DNA of 63,280 nt, filler included, from Octopus bimaculoides (taxonomy: Eukaryota): NCBI RefSeq assembly GCF_001194135.2. It is 5 parts of 4 records of this genome, joined end to end, with 100 filler letters (N's around TTAATTAATTAA, not from the genome) between each part and the next. Parts side by side here need not be neighbours in the genome. Positions count along the whole stretch, not along the records: positions 35,940 to 53,257 come from NC_068996.1; 4 more parts are not named here. One strand, 5' to 3'. The first letter of the stretch is position 1, and each line of letters starts with the position of its first letter. This document shows positions 36,328-50,699 of the stretch, one piece after another. The position numbers and the translations under genes were made by a program. The notes below the pieces were generated by a model. It was not told the origin of the DNA. It ran no database searches and was given only the letters and a program-made list of their open reading frames with translations.

Positions 36328-37849
36328 ATTGAGCAGGAACAAACCTATAGATATCTAGGAATAAATGAAGGCTCTGGTATCCAGCATGCAAGCATGAAAG
36401 AGAAGGTTAGGAAGGAATGTTATAGAAGAGTTCAAGCAGTTCTGAAGTCTGAGCTGAATGCATATAAGGTGTTATCCATAAATTCCTTAGCAGTCCCAGT
36501 TGTTCTTTATAGCTTCAATGTCCTCAACTAGAATACCAGTGAAATAATCAAAATTGATAGAAAAATCCGCAAGCTACTGACTTGTAATAAGATGCAGCAT
36601 CCAAAAGCAGACGTGTATCGTCTTTACCTTCCCAGAGCTCAGGGAGGTCGAGGCTTGATCCAGCTTGAACTTACGTACAAAACTACCACAATAGGACTGG
36701 CCAAATACCTTGAAACAACCAACGATTGGATGCTGAAACTTGTTGAAAAACATGAAAGACCGAAAAAACTTCACTCTATTCTGAAAGAGAGCAAAAAATT
36801 CGCTACTGATCTCTTAGATATCTACCAGATTGATCAGGTTGAAGGAAATTCGCCAACTGCTGCTGCAAAGAAAAGAAAATTAATTGCAAAGACAAAAGCA
36901 CACGAAAAATTAGCTAGCAGATGGGAACAGAATGGCAAGTGTGTGGCCCGTTGCAAACAAGCTGATGTCGACCAGAAACACACGCATCAGTTGTTACGAA
37001 GCTCAGGGCTAAAAGCAGAGAGTAAAGGTTTCATATTAGCTGCTCAAGACCAAAGCTTATTAGCCCGGAACTACCAAGCCAATGTGATAAAAAAATGGAG
37101 CTGACCCAAAATGCCGATTCTGTGACGATGAGATTGAAACTATAGACCACCTAATCTCAGGGTGTAGAGTCTTAGCACCTGTAGAATATAAATCAAGACA
37201 TGACAGAGTCGGCCAGTATTTACAATGGACAATGTGTCAGTACTATAAAATCAAAACCGCTGACAAATGGTATAAACACCATCCTGAAGCTGTGACTGAG
37301 GGAGAAAATGTGTCGATTCTCTAGGACTTCCCCGTACATACCGACAAGGCTATAAAAGCTAATAAACCGGATATTATTATAAAAGATCAGACAAAGAAGA
37401 TGTGTTTATTAATTGACTTGAGTATTCCTTGCGATCATAATATAGCGGCGAAAGAATTTGACAAGATCAGTAAATATAAAGACTTGCTGATAGAAATTGA
37501 AAAAATCTGGCATCTCAAGGCGACTACCGTACCAGTGATTGTAGGATCTCTAGGAATGATAAAAAAAAAAAGGTACTAAAACCTATATGAAAATAGGCTT
37601 ACCATCCCTACAGGAAGTGCAAAAAATCGTGTTAACTGGAACGACTCATGTACTGAGAAGAGCCTTATTGCTGTGAAAACAACACCCATTCATGAACTTA
37701 TTTATTTATTAATTTTTTTAAAGAACATATTTTACCTGTGAATTTGCGTGTGTAACCTGGGAATGCATACAATGAGCTTCTCTGCCCTAGGTGTACGGAA
37801 AACACTCGGCGAGAAATGGAAGAAAATTTGAAGAAAGAAGAAAAAAAAC

Positions 37850-37850
<1 letters not shown>
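36328..37850 (+). mobile_element. R4/Dong retrotransposon, 5'-truncated (copy 2, different subfamily)
   Basis: YRYLG...RLYLPRAQGGRGL...ILAAQDQSL; CCHC knuckle CRFC..ETIDHLISGC; RLE motif KPDIIIKD..CLLIDLSIP..K.SKYKDL; in-frame stops; (TAA)n on both sides. Confidence 0.9.
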
Positions 37851-37900
<50 letters not shown>

Positions 37901-37903
<3 letters not shown>

Positions 37904-38042
37904 TCGAAAAATACCTTAGGAATGAGAACCCAGGTTCGAAATTTCTCCAAGACACCTGATGAAGGCTGGAGGTTATATCAGCCGAAACGCGTTAACAACA
38001 AACAAAATGAGGACAAATATCCGTCAAATGTAAATAATGTAA
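37901..38042 (+). mobile_element. Penelope-like terminal fragment, family E, HHR core at 37956-37993
   Basis: CTGATGA-A-GGCTG-10 nt-CAGCC-GAA-ACGCGT-T; core and stem II intact, stem I partner lost. Confidence 0.7.
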
Positions 38043-38099
38043 GTTATGTACACTTAAACATATATACATACATTCGCGTTGGAATTTTGCACAGTTTCG

Positions 38100-38720
38100 G
38101 TTTTTCCAAATTTTATTCACAAGTCGTTGGTCAATGCGAAAGTATGCTGCGTGCAATGCTCGCTGGGAATTTGTTAATCGTATCTGCGTTGATATGACAT
38201 ATATGCGTAGCATGGACAGCATTTCACTAGAGCCCCCAAAATCGATATGGTTATTGGATGTCACTTACACCGAGGGCTTTTTCTAACAAAAGCAAAGCCT
38301 AGAAATAACTCAAGCGCATCGCTATGACTGACACTTCTCTACTAGGAATCGCGTTGGGGATAATTATTTTCATTCTGTAATGAATCTGTATTCGGTACAT
38401 GTGGACAACGTTGCCATCTTAGCTTCAGACACCACACACATCGAGTTGATTGGCACCTCTCTAAGGGACTACGAGATAGGAAAGAAAATTAACCGGAAAT
38501 TCGGTAGGTCTGCAGCTGGCACATAGAGAGTCGAGTAGGCCCGTGACACCCAACAGCAATAAGGTGCATTGGATAAACCGGTTAGATTGCTCGGCGTTCG
38601 GTTTGTTCCAGATGGAGAAGAACTGGGATGGAGTAAGACGAGAGTAGCCAACGTCACACAAAAATGGATCGAGATAAAGTTATCCCTGAAGTATGGGATA
38701 GAAGTGGCATCTATTACGGC
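38100..38720 (+). mobile_element. Decayed L1/Tx1-like RT remnant
   Basis: HVDNVAILASDTTHIELIGTSLRDYE..KIN.. and VRLLGVRFVPD..W..W..KLSLK, resembling the region after Tx1 YADD. Confidence 0.55.
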
Positions 38721-40556
38721 CTGACCGACATGCCTTGCCCCGCATCACATTTGATCTGACTGGAGCATTTTTACTTTTGCTTCATGTATAAAGGACGGTT
38801 CATCTACTATCCGTAACTGCTGCGTAGAAGACTAGGTATACTGTGTTTAACGACGCGCTGACATACGCTTTTGTGCGCGAACGCACGCACGCACGCTCAC
38901 ATACACATACTTGGATATGATAAATATCATAAAACACTGCTTTATTTGAGATATTAAATGAAACATGATTTGTTTTTTCATTAACGTGTAAAGTTATTAC
39001 ATAAATCATGTTGTCATTGTATACAAGATATGTGTTATCAGTTAATAAGAGACTGAAAATCTTTTTTGATTGTTTAAAGTATTACTTATGTTATTTAAAT
39101 GAAATTTGACATTTCTCCTGAGATTTTTGTTTCTTTTCCGACATTTTTATTTTCTGGAAATGGAAGGGTTAGCATTCTGCATTAAAAACTTATGTTAGAT
39201 GACTGAGAGCGCATGGTGTTTCTTTTGGTGTTGGTTAAAAACAAGACAAGAAATTCTGGCAAAAGGCGGGCGACAAGATTACAGGGACAATAGTAAATAC
39301 ATTGGTACTGATTTTAGTAACTGTTATGTCTCAAGTTACTGCTATCTAGCACCTTCGGATGATCTCTACTCGACTGCTACTCGACTGCTCCTTGTCAGCT
39401 ACTCAACTCTCTACCACGGTCAGATTACCTCTATTTATATGTCTTGGGCGATCCTACTTCTTCGCTTGGAGGCGTCGACACAACAGTAACCCAAAATGTA
39501 AATAAAGTGCAAAGTCGATGTTATCTTAGCGGTGCTGCCTTACGGCAAGCGTACACTGGGCAGTTGCCTGGGGGTCTCGCGGGTCTGGGGGTCAATTTCG
39601 GATCTATGTATGTATTATAGCTTGCTGTCAATAAATAAATACTATTGAGCCCAATCCATTGATTTACCCGGTATCTCACCCGTCTAGGGCCCAATTCTAA
39701 TCTATTTATGCTGTGGCTTGATGTCAATAAATAAATAATACAGGGCCCAATGCATTGGTTTGCCCAGAGGCTGGTGATGTTGCTATGACGGCACTGCATG
39801 TTATCTTTTCAGCTGCCTGATCAGTGCTGAAGACGGGATAAAGTAACTTCTATTTAGGCGATCCACCAGCTAGAAATAAGAGTCAGAAATCCATTGAATG
39901 AATTCAGCAAAAATAATGTCAGACAGAGAGGGTAAAAAGTAACAGCTAAAAACAAAATCGCAATTTTGGCTAAGGCAAAATAAAAATAAACTCACAAAAA
40001 AAAAAAAAAATTGCCACATTCCATTTAAATACCATAAACGATAAACTAATTAAACAAACAATATTTGAAGTGACTTAACTGACAACATATGTCTTGTACA
40101 CAATGACAATATAATTTATATACCAGCTTTGCGCGTATGTGAAAAAAAAAATTACGGGGCGTACAATATCTTAAATAAAACAATGCTAGTTGGTATTTAG
40201 GATATTTAAATGTGTGTGTATGTGTATTGTAACTTATATTCGTGTGACTTTGAATGTGTCAATGTACACACACACAAATGTATGTGTGCATGTATGTATG
40301 TATTATGTATGTGTGTATGTATGTATATTATAATGGAGTGCTATAGTTGTGAGTATATAAAATATATTGTAATCATTATCTGATAAGGAATCTAATACGA
40401 TGGGTAGAGTAGATACACACACACATACACACGCACACATACACACGCACACATACATACACATGCACACATATACACAAACACGCAAACATACATATAC
40501 ACATACCCGTATATATTAATATCAAGAGCGTATACATGTGTGTATATGTATACATA

Positions 40557-41556
40557 CGAAGAGCTACCCAAAAGAAACCAGAATTTTGCAATATTATTTT
40601 ATCCACTTAGTTTTACATGTTTACACTTTTATTGCCTTCAGGGTATTCTGCATTTGAAACAATGCATCGGTCCAGGCGCGTTTTCCACTGTTGAAGGCAA
40701 TGCTGGAACTCTTCACCTCTTCCACATTTGCAAATTCTGTAGCACCAGCTTTGGTCACCAGCGATGACCTTCGAAAGAGGGTCCAGATCAACTTCCAGCT
40801 GTTCTTTCAGTTCACAACATGCATTCAGTCGTGACTGCTTTTGATCATCCTTGAGCAAGCGAGGCACAAGTTTAGCTGCAACTCTTTTCATTCGCAATTC
40901 CTTGCTCAAAATTCGTTGACAGAAACTCCAGTNNNNNNNNNNNNNNNNNNNNNNNNNNNNNNNNNNNNNNNNNNNNNNNNNNNNNNNNNNNNNNNNNNNN
41001 NNNNNNNNNNNNNNNNNNNNNNNNNNNNNNNNNNNNNNNNNNNNNNNNNNNNNNNNNNNNNNNNNNNNNNNNNNNNNNNNNNNNNNNNNNNNNNNNNNNN
41101 NNNNNNNNNNNNNNNNNNNNNNNNNNNNNNNNNNNNNNNNNNNNNNNNNNNNNNNNNNNNNNNNNNNNNNNNNNNNNNNNNNNNNNNNNNNNNNNNNNNN
41201 NNNNNNNNNNNNNNNNNNNNNNNNNNNNNNNNNNNNNNNNNNNNNNNNNNNNNNNNNNNNNNNNNNNNNNNNNNNNNNNNNNNNNNNNNNNNNNNNNNNN
41301 NNNNNNNNNNNNNNNNNNNNNNNNNNNNNNNNNNNNNNNNNNNNNNNNNNNNNNNNNNNNNNNNNNNNNNNNNNNNNNNNNNNNNNNNNNNNNNNNNNNN
41401 NNNNNNNNNNNNNNNNNNNNNNNNNNNNNNNNNNNNNNNNNNNNNNNNNNNNNNNNNNNNNNNNNNNNNNNNNNNNNNNNNNNNNNNNNGGAAGCCTAAA
41501 CTGCAACGGGCTTGACCATCAGAGAACGTTTCCGGTTACTTTTGGGTACCACCTCG
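40557..41556 (-). mobile_element. mariner element with TIRs (gap inside)
   Basis: TIRs CGAAGAGCTACCCAAAAGAAACCAGAA / TTCCGGTTACTTTTGGGTACCACCTCG with TA flanks; LRMKRVAAKLVPRLL...VIAGDQSWCY. Confidence 0.85.
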
Positions 41557-41561
41557 TATAT

Positions 41562-41605
<44 letters not shown>

Positions 41606-42049
41606 TGTTTTCGTGTCTGTGTGTGTCCCCATCATCGCTTGACAACCGGTGTTGGTGTGTTTACGTCCCCGTAACTTAGCGGTTCAGCAAAAACAAAAGA
41701 CGACAGAATAAGTGCTAAGCTTATGTAATTAGTCCTGGGGTCGATCTGTTCGACTAAATCCCTTTAAGGCGGTGCTGCAGCATGGCCGCAGTCAAATGAC
41801 TGAAGCAAGTTTTAGTATAATAGAATACATAGATATATGTATGAATGCGGGTGTGTATATGAACACCCAGGAATATGAATAAGATCGTAGGAGATTATAG
41901 AAAATGCAAAGTTCAGCGAGTCACCACCAACTTTCTCTCCAATCATGCGGTCCAAAAAATTCCGGGTGGGATCTCTATTTCGATGGATTTGATGTCGTTG
42001 TAGTTTCAACAACACCACATTTATATGATGCTTACAATAGCATCATATA

Positions 42050-42720
42050 CTCTCTACAATTGTTCAATATAAAAGTTAGCCTTCACAGCATGACCATATG
42101 GGACAAGCTCAAAATGCAACACTCTTTGCCCCTTCTGTTCAAACGGCCCTCTTTTGAGAACAGGTTCTGAAGCCTGGATGGAAGGAAATCACTGATTTCT
42201 CTAAATAAGATTACGAAAATAAATCCATTTTCATCTCCAGTTACGATTCGACGCCAAAAACGGACATCCCAAGGATTTACCAACAGTTGTGTACAAATGT
42301 TTATACGTTGTTGAGTTTGGTCACTGAAAAGTTCATGAGGAACTTCTTGACAGCGTTTGTTGACAAGGCCGAGCTTATGTAGGTGTCGACTGGTGGTACT
42401 TTGTGGAGAATCAAATTCTACCGACAATGTACGAGTGCATGTGCTTGGAAGTTGTTCAACCACTTCAGGCAAAGCCTCATCTTTCACAACAGGTTTCCTT
42501 GACCTTGGTTAGCCTTAAGGCTGGTGTCACCTTCCTTGAAACTTTCGAACGCTTTGTGCCACACGTTCCTTTGACATTTCTTGGGCCTTCCACATCAGTA
42601 ATTTCTTTGGTCGTTGACCTTGCACACAATCCTTTTCCCCACAAGTAGCATAAAATGGCTCTAATTGCAATTTTTTCACTACTCATTATCAAAGCTGTGA
42701 AATTAAGAATAAACAACTAA
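42050..42720 (-). mobile_element. mariner (Mos1/Hsmar-like) transposase remnant
   Basis: IAIRAILCYLWGKG..., EVPHEL (WVPHEL), RIVTGDE; frameshifted. Confidence 0.85.
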
Positions 42721-43529
42721 TGTTCATGCGTTATATATGAAAATAGAGAATGAGCAACAACTAGACAGGGAGCTATATAAAAATTAATGATGTGGAGACA
42801 CGAGTTGTTAAGAATCATCAATGAAAGTTCAAAAAGACTGTTGCTTCAATCTGTGTGTGTATGTGTGTACATAAATTCAAGTTTTGTATTTGAAGCAGTT
42901 TAATAGTGTAAACATTATGAATATCACACACGTAATGTATGTCTGTTTGTAAATGCTACAAAGCTTCAGTATTTGAAGTAAAGAAACCACTTTAAAGACG
43001 AACAGTGTTAAAAACACAGCATACATCAAAGTAGACGAAACGAAATCTCCACAGAAGTAAGGTATGTATGTTTACAAATAGTGTAAAATCTCTTTGCTAC
43101 TGACTGGCCATAGCGAGTTGTTTAGGTGATGGAGAAGAATATGGCACTAATGAGCGGAAATAACCACGAAATATCGATATCTCTTGCTCTTGTTCATTTC
43201 TGGGCGATTTCGTTTCGCCTGCTTTGAAGTATGCAGTGATATTTTTTAACACGATTCGTCTCCCTTAGACGAAGCACCGCAGCTTCGTAGCGTTTACTAA
43301 CACACATTCTTTACTCTTTTTACTCGTTTACTTGTTTCAGTCATTTGACTGTGGCCATGCTGAAGCACCGCCTTTAGCCGAACAAATCGACCCCAGGGCT
43401 TATTCTTTGGAAGCCTAGTACTTATTCTATCGGTTCTCTTTTACCGGTTCTCTATTACGGGGACGTAAAAATACCAGCATCGGTTGTCAAGCGATGTTGG
43501 GGGTGGGGGACAAACACAGACACACAAAC

Positions 43530-43584
<55 letters not shown>

Positions 43585-46500
43585 TATATATATGGGAGAA
43601 TATACAAAAAATAACAACAGACGAGGACAGGTGGTGTANNNNNNNNNNNNNNNNNNNNNNNNNNNNNNNNNNNNNNNNNNNNNNNNNNNNNNNNNNNNNN
43701 NNNNNNNNNNNNNNNNNNNNNNNNNNNNNNNNNNNNNNNNNNNNNNNNNNNNNNNNNNNNNNNNNNNNNNNNNNNNNNNNNNNNNNNNNNNNNNNNNNNN
43801 NNNNNNNNNNNNNNNNNNNNNNNNNNNNNNNNNNNNNNNNNNNNNNNNNNNNNNNNNNNNNNNNNNNNNNNNNNNNNNNNNNNNNNNNNNNNNNNNNNNN
43901 NNNNNNNNNNNNNNNNNNNNNNNNNNNNNNNNNNNNNNNNNNNNNNNNNNNNNNNNNNNNNNNNNNNNNNNNNNNNNNNNNNNNNNNNNNNNNNNNNNNN
44001 NNNNNNNNNNNNNNNNNNNNNNNNNNNNNNNNNNNNNNNNNNNNNNNNNNNNNNNNNNNNNNNNNNNNNNNNNNNNNNNNNNNNNNNNNNNNNNNNNNNN
44101 NNNNNNNNNNNNNNNNNNNNNNNNNNNNNNNNNNNNNNNNNNNNNNNNNNNNNNNNNNNNNNNNNNNNNNNNNNNNNNNNNNNNNNNNNNNNNNNNNNNN
44201 NNNNNNNNNNNNNNNNNNNNNNNNNNNNNNNNNNNNNNNNNNNNNNNNNNNNNNNACTTCAATTTATTTAAGTAATGTGAGCATTACCTTAAATGCAATA
44301 TGAAGAGCAATCTTCAGCTGCACGAAAAAATGTAGGAAAAAAAGACATATTACAAATGTGGCAACATATTAAAACCAAGTGGGAGAGAGCAGAGGAAGAA
44401 TATATAAGTCCATCTTGACATATATATATATATATATATATATACGACGGGCTTCTTTCAGTTTCCGTCTACCAAACCCACTCACAAGGCTTTATAGTAG
44501 AAGACATTTGCCCAAGATGCCACGCAGTGGGACTGAACCCGGAACCATGTGGTTGGTAAGCTACTCACCACACAGGCACTCTTACGCCTATGTAATGTAA
44601 TATTTATCTACATGCATATACACTCACAGGCATATTCACACGCACACAAACACACCCTCTCTCTATCTAACACACACACACACACCATCACATGTGTGTA
44701 TGCAATTTGTATCTTTAGAGTTTGACTCTACCAAGTTATTCTTATACAACAAAGTATATCAATCGATCTGAGGCTCCACTTTGGACGATAGGTACGCAAG
44801 GTGCAGTCAGTCGCTCCTTGGAATGATCGAACATGAATCCTTATGGTTGCGAAGCAAACTCTTTCGCGTGTCATTCTTTACCCTAATTTTCCTCGGTTTC
44901 ATTTTTTTTTTTCCTTTCTTATTTTAAATTTAATTTCTGTTGTTGTCGTTCTTTATGGCATTGTTATTGTTTGACGTCGTCGGAGGCGGCGCTGTCATCG
45001 TTGTCGTCGGAGGCGTCGTTGTCATCGTCATCGTTGTCGATCGTTTATCTCTTCGCTGCAAACCATAAATCCTACGTTCTTCCCATCCAATAAATTTTAT
45101 CATCTTTTCACCCAAACATATCAAAAGAAAAAGGAACGAATACAACAACCAGACAAAACTATAACAACTTTCAACAGTTTTATTTCTTTAAACTACACCC
45201 CGCCGACTTTATCTTGATTAGACACACACACAGCCACACACACTCACACATACATTCACACACATACTTAGATGCTTACTTACACACACTCACGCACGTG
45301 TACATATGTGCATGGTTGTAAGTGTATGTCTGTGTGAGATCACATAGAGAAAAGCTCCCCTTCTCTCTTTCTCTTTCTCACAAACACAGAAACTAAACAG
45401 AAACTCTCTCTCTCATACACACACACAAACGCACGTACACACAAGCGTATGCACAGTCGTGTGGGGGAATATGCTACGTACATACACGTACGCACGCACA
45501 TTCAAAGACATACACGTGCGTTCTGACACACATGCGCGCGTACACAGCATACGCATACATATGCATATACCCACTTACATACAAAATTGGCGCGCGCACA
45601 CATATTTTCACACGCATACACCCACCTCCATATATATATATACATACGCATATCCAGATATAGATATACATGTATATCCATCTACACTGATATACATACA
45701 AGCATAATTACATGTATTCACACACATACGTACACATGCGCGTACATATGGGCACGCGCATAAGCACACGCGCGCGCATACATATTCACACAAATTTACG
45801 AACACTCACTGATGACGAGCAACAAACAAGCACATGCACACACACACACATATACATACGCATACACACACACGCATGCATACACCGACACACACACACA
45901 CACGCATACACAAATACAAGCCAACGCAAGTACATGCACATACGCTCGCTAGCATTAGACACACATCTGCACGAGCACACACATGGACATGCATTTGCAT
46001 ACCAAAACACACACACACACATACATACAGACACACACACGCACACATACACACTCACAGACGCTCAAGCATTAGACACACATCTGCACGAGCACACACA
46101 TGGACACACGCATTTGCATACTAAAACACACGCAGTTACACTCACATACTTACACACACACTCACACACTCTCACACACACACACACACACGTATACAAA
46201 CACACAAATGCACATGTATACATACAAACAATAAAACTGACAGCCAGACAGCCAGACAGATAAACAGACAGACTTACAGACGCAAAACGTTATTCCTTTC
46301 AAAGAACTGCACGTGCCCTAACTTCCTTTAAAAAAAAAGCAAACAAAAAGCAAAAACACTTTCTTTTTATAGCGTATACACTCTCCTTCTTCTTCTTCTT
46401 CTTCTTCTTCTTCTTCTTCTTCTTCTTCGTCCTCCCCCTCCTCCTTCCACTCCTGATTTTTCTCTCTANNNNNNNNNNNNNNNNNNNNNNNNNNNNNNNN

Positions 46501-47317
46501 NNNNNNNNNNNNNNNNNNNNNNNNNNNNNNNNNNNNNNNNNNNNNNNNNNNNNNNNNNNNNNNNNNNNNNNNNNNNNNNNNNNNNNNNNNNNNNNNNNNN
46601 NNNNNNNNNNNNNNNNNNNNNNNNNNNNNNNNNNNNNNNNNNNNNNNNNNNNNNNNNNNNNNNNNNNNNNNNNNNNNNNNNNNNNNNNNNNNNNNNNNNN
46701 NNNNNNNNNNNNNNNNNNNNNNNNNNNNNNNNNNNNNNNNNNNNNNNNNNNNNNNNNNNNNNNNNNNNNNNNNNNNNNNNNNNNNNNNNNNNNNNNNNNN
46801 NNNNNNNNNNNNNNNNNNNNNNNNNNNNNNNNNNNNNNNNNNNNNNNNNNNNNNNNNNNNNNNNNNNNNNNNNNNNNNNNNNNNNNNNNNNNNNNNNNNN
46901 NNNNNNNNNNNNNNNNNNNNNNNNNNNNNNNNNNNNNNNNNNNNNNNNNNNNNNNNNNNNNNNNNNNNNNNNNNNNNNNNNNNNNNNNNNNNNNNNNNNN
47001 NNNNNNNNNNNNNNNNNNNNNNNNNNNNNNNNNNNNNNNNNNNNNNNNNNNNNNNNNNNNNNNNNNNNNNNNNNNNNNNNNNNNNNNNNNNNNNNNNNNN
47101 NNNNNNNNNNNNNNNNNNNNNNNNNNNNNNNNNNNNNNNNNNNNNNNNNNNNNNNNNNNNNNNNNNNNNNNNNNNNNNNNNNNNNNNNNNNNNNNNNNNN
47201 NNNNNNNNNNNNNNNNNNNNNNNNNNNNNNNNNNNNNNNNNNNNNNNNNNNNNNNNNNNNNNNNNNNNNNNNNNNNNNNNNNNNNNNNNNNNNNNNNNNN
47301 NNNNNNNNNNNNNNNNN

Positions 47318-47377
<60 letters not shown>

Positions 47378-47636
47378 TGATTGTGGAAGTGAGCTTGAAC
47401 GAGTTTATATTTTATCCCCGTTTAAACTCCTTTCATTTTCACCCGATCTTTAACTGAATCTACCCGCTTCAACTCGTACTTCAGGATGACACACCAAGTG
47501 TCAATCGGTCAAATGAAAATTGATAATTTTGTTTATCTTGTTTTGTTTGTTTATTTATGTATTCATTGTTTTATATTTTTATAAGAAATAACTTTTCGGG
47601 GAAGATAATTACAATTACTACGACTAATCTCTAACC

Positions 47637-48925
47637 CAATGATTCTCAACCAGGGTCCATGTGATCCCTGTATGTCCATATAAGATTTTTGGGGTTCACA
47701 CTAACAAAATAGTCCATTGGAGATCCACAATAGGGCTTTTGAGGATCCATGAAAAGTCTCGATTCTTAAAGTTTCCCTCTTGAATATTTCACTTCAACCT
47801 ACACGAGTTAATGCGTAAAAAACAAATTAAGAATTTTGAAAGAAGTTTCTATTAGACAAGTTTTTAAACCTCGAATGGTTAGTGGGGTCCACCAGAATAA
47901 AATAGTAATCGAAGGGGTTCATAGATTAAAATAGTTGGGCACCCCTGCTTTAGATGTATGTATTGGTATGTATTACAAGAAACGGCTAGGTTTTTCTCTC
48001 TCTCTCTCTCTAATGTATTATGTAGTTCAACCTACACAAGTTAATATATGAAAAACAAAATAAGAATTTTGAAAGAAGTGTCAATAGAACTAGTTTTTAA
48101 ACATCGAATGGCTATGGGTTCCAGAGTAAAATAGTAAACAAATAGGTTCATAGGTAAAAATGGTTGAGAACTTAAGGTCTAAATTAATGGTTCTCAACCG
48201 GGGTCCATATGGCCGCCTAAGGATCCATATAAGATTTGGGGGTGGGGTCCACGCTAGAAAAAGGTAAATTGGGGATCTACAATTGTATTTTAAGAGCCCC
48301 TGAAAAAAATTGCTTTAGGTGTATCTATCGGGGTGTATTGCAAAAAATAAAAAAAGCGGCTGTGTGGTAAGTAGCCTGCTTACCAACCACATGGTTCCGG
48401 GTTCAGTCTCACTGCGTTGCCTTTTGGGCAAGTGTCTTCTACTATAGCCTCGGGCCGACCAAAGGCTTGTGAGTGAATTTGGTTGACGGAAACTGAAAGA
48501 AGCCCGTCGTATATATGTATATGTATATATATATATGTGTGTTTGTATGTCTGTGTTTGTCCCCCTAACATCGCTTGACAACCTATGCTGGTGTGTTTAC
48601 GTCCCCGTAACTTAGCGGTTCGGCCTAAGAGACCGATAGAATAAGTACTGGGCTTACAAAGAATAAGTCCTAGGGTAGATTTGCTCGACTAAAAGGCGGT
48701 GCTCCAGCATGGCCGCAGTCAAATGACTGAAACAAGTAAAAGAGTAAAAGAGTAAGAGTATATACACAGTCCAACCCACAGAAATTAATGTATGGAAAAC
48801 AAAACAGGAATTTTTAAAGCAGTTTCTATAAAAAGGGTTTTTAAGCATTGAATGGCTTTGGGGGTCCCACCAGAATAAAATAGCAATCAAAGGAGACCAT
48901 AGGTAAAAAGTGGTCGATAATCCAT
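47637..48925 (+). mobile_element. Three tandem diverged hAT-like MITE copies, third interrupted by a SINE
   Basis: Ends of type GGTTCTCAACC / GGTTGAGAAC; shared internal blocks (AACCTACAC..AGAATTTTGAAAGAAG; CCACCAGAATAAAATAG) repeat at about 47790, 48020 and 48770-48880. Confidence 0.6.
48357..48758 (+). mobile_element. Near full-length young OK-like SINE
   Basis: Complete head, body, microsatellite and (AAAGAGT)n tail; closely similar to 61823-62352. Confidence 0.9.
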
Positions 48926-49114
48926 TGTCGTCTAGATGAAAGAAAGTGCGAGCCACTGCATAATATCCCTTCATATCTGACATGCAAGAAACAGCAGCTA
49001 CGTCTGTCTTAAATCATACACTGACAACTTTAAGAAAAAAAATGGGTGGAAGACACATTGGTTAATGTCGGTACAATTACACAAAAGAATGTATTTTGTA
49101 ATTATTACTACCAT

Positions 49115-49145
<31 letters not shown>

Positions 49146-49516
49146 TGCCAATGAAGATGACAAGGGAACTGACTTGATAATTCTTGTATACAAGACGAAA
49201 AAAGGGCACCCTACATGTAACATAAAAACCTATGACACTGGAAGCATATACACACGTGTATGTTTATCTATGTATATATGTACGTATGTATGTATGAGTG
49301 TATATGCCTATGTATGTGTATTTATATATGTGAGTGCATGTGTGTGTGTGTGTGATTGTGTGTGTGTATGTGTGTGTGTATGTGTGTGTGTATGTATGCA
49401 TACATCCAATATCACGGACTTTTGAGTGCTTCAAGCAGGGTTCACTTTTTTTCGTCTTGTATACAATAATTATCAAGTTAAGTTCCCTTATCATCCTCAT
49501 AAGCAACATAAGCGGC

Positions 49517-49578
<62 letters not shown>

Positions 49579-49931
49579 CTAAAAAACGTTCCAATAATAA
49601 CTATAATTTTATGTAATTGTACCTTCATTGAAACCCACTCTGTCTTTATTTAAATCTTACTTTATACTTCACAATAGTAGTAGACTAAAGTTCCATCTCA
49701 TTCTCCCTCCGAGGATGGAACAAATTGCTGATATATGGATGGCTGTCGCTAGTTTTGCATAAGATGCAACAGCTCTCAGACACATTTTGCGCATTCCTTC
49801 TCATGATCTATATTCGTGTAGCAACTCAATCTTCACGTTTAAAAACATAAATACCATAATCTAACCTGATACAAGTTATCTAACCTCATTATGCTTTTAT
49901 CATGTGTGCGTGTGTGTGTGTTTGTGTATGT

Positions 49932-49978
<47 letters not shown>

Positions 49979-49984
49979 AGCACT

Positions 49985-50640
49985 ATTATTTCTAAATCTC
50001 TCAGCGCTCTTTTGAGTTTCTTGCCGTGGTGTAGATTCATCTGAGACCTTGGTCAGCAGGAGGTGAAGTTATTTATTGAAAACATCAACTCCCACGCCAT
50101 GCAGATCTCTCAAATCTTTTGGCACGATATTAAATCGCTGTAGGCCTTTGAATCCCAAGTTATTGCTGTACCTGATCCTCGATCTAGACCTTATAGGCGG
50201 GACATTTTGAAATGTACAGTGACGTGCAGTTCGGGCGCTGGTTTAGATTTCGATGCTAAACTTTGGTGCCAACCCTTCGAGGATTTTCATTACGTTTATC
50301 ACTGCATATCTCTCCCGTTTTCCCTCCAAGGAGTAGAGTTGCAATCTTCTTAGCATGCCACCACTGAAATGCCTCTAGTTCCGCTATTAATTTGACACTA
50401 TGGGGTAACTACAGTTGAGAACATTAGTCAAGAAGGCTGACGACAATTATTCTCCATAGTACCTGCATAATTATCTGGTCTCATGTTCTGAAGGTTCTCA
50501 GAATCCATCCGGCCATTTGCCTGCACATTACCACATTCTGTGGATATGTATAATGAAGTGCCGCTGCTTATATCAGTCCCCAGATCACGCACTGTATTTG
50601 ACTCTGAGATAGCCGCTCCTTTTGGTCTAAAGTATTTTAG
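49985..50640 (-). mobile_element. CR1-like LINE RT C-terminal fragment
   Basis: LRRLQLYSLEGKRERYAVI..KILEGL..NLGFKGLQRFNIVPKDLRDLHGVGVDVF. Confidence 0.8.
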
Positions 50641-50699
50641 TTACGGATGTCAGCTCAAGCTGATTGATACAGAAACACTTGGAATTTTCTTGCATTAAA

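Noticed and set aside
36592-37104. 170-aa ORF as a host gene
   Set aside because: Internal fragment of the broken R4/Dong ORF.
43262-43300. CGAAGC/GCTTCG hairpin followed by CTAA as a Helitron 3' end
   Set aside because: Not CTAG|T, and no 5' TC end or second copy found.
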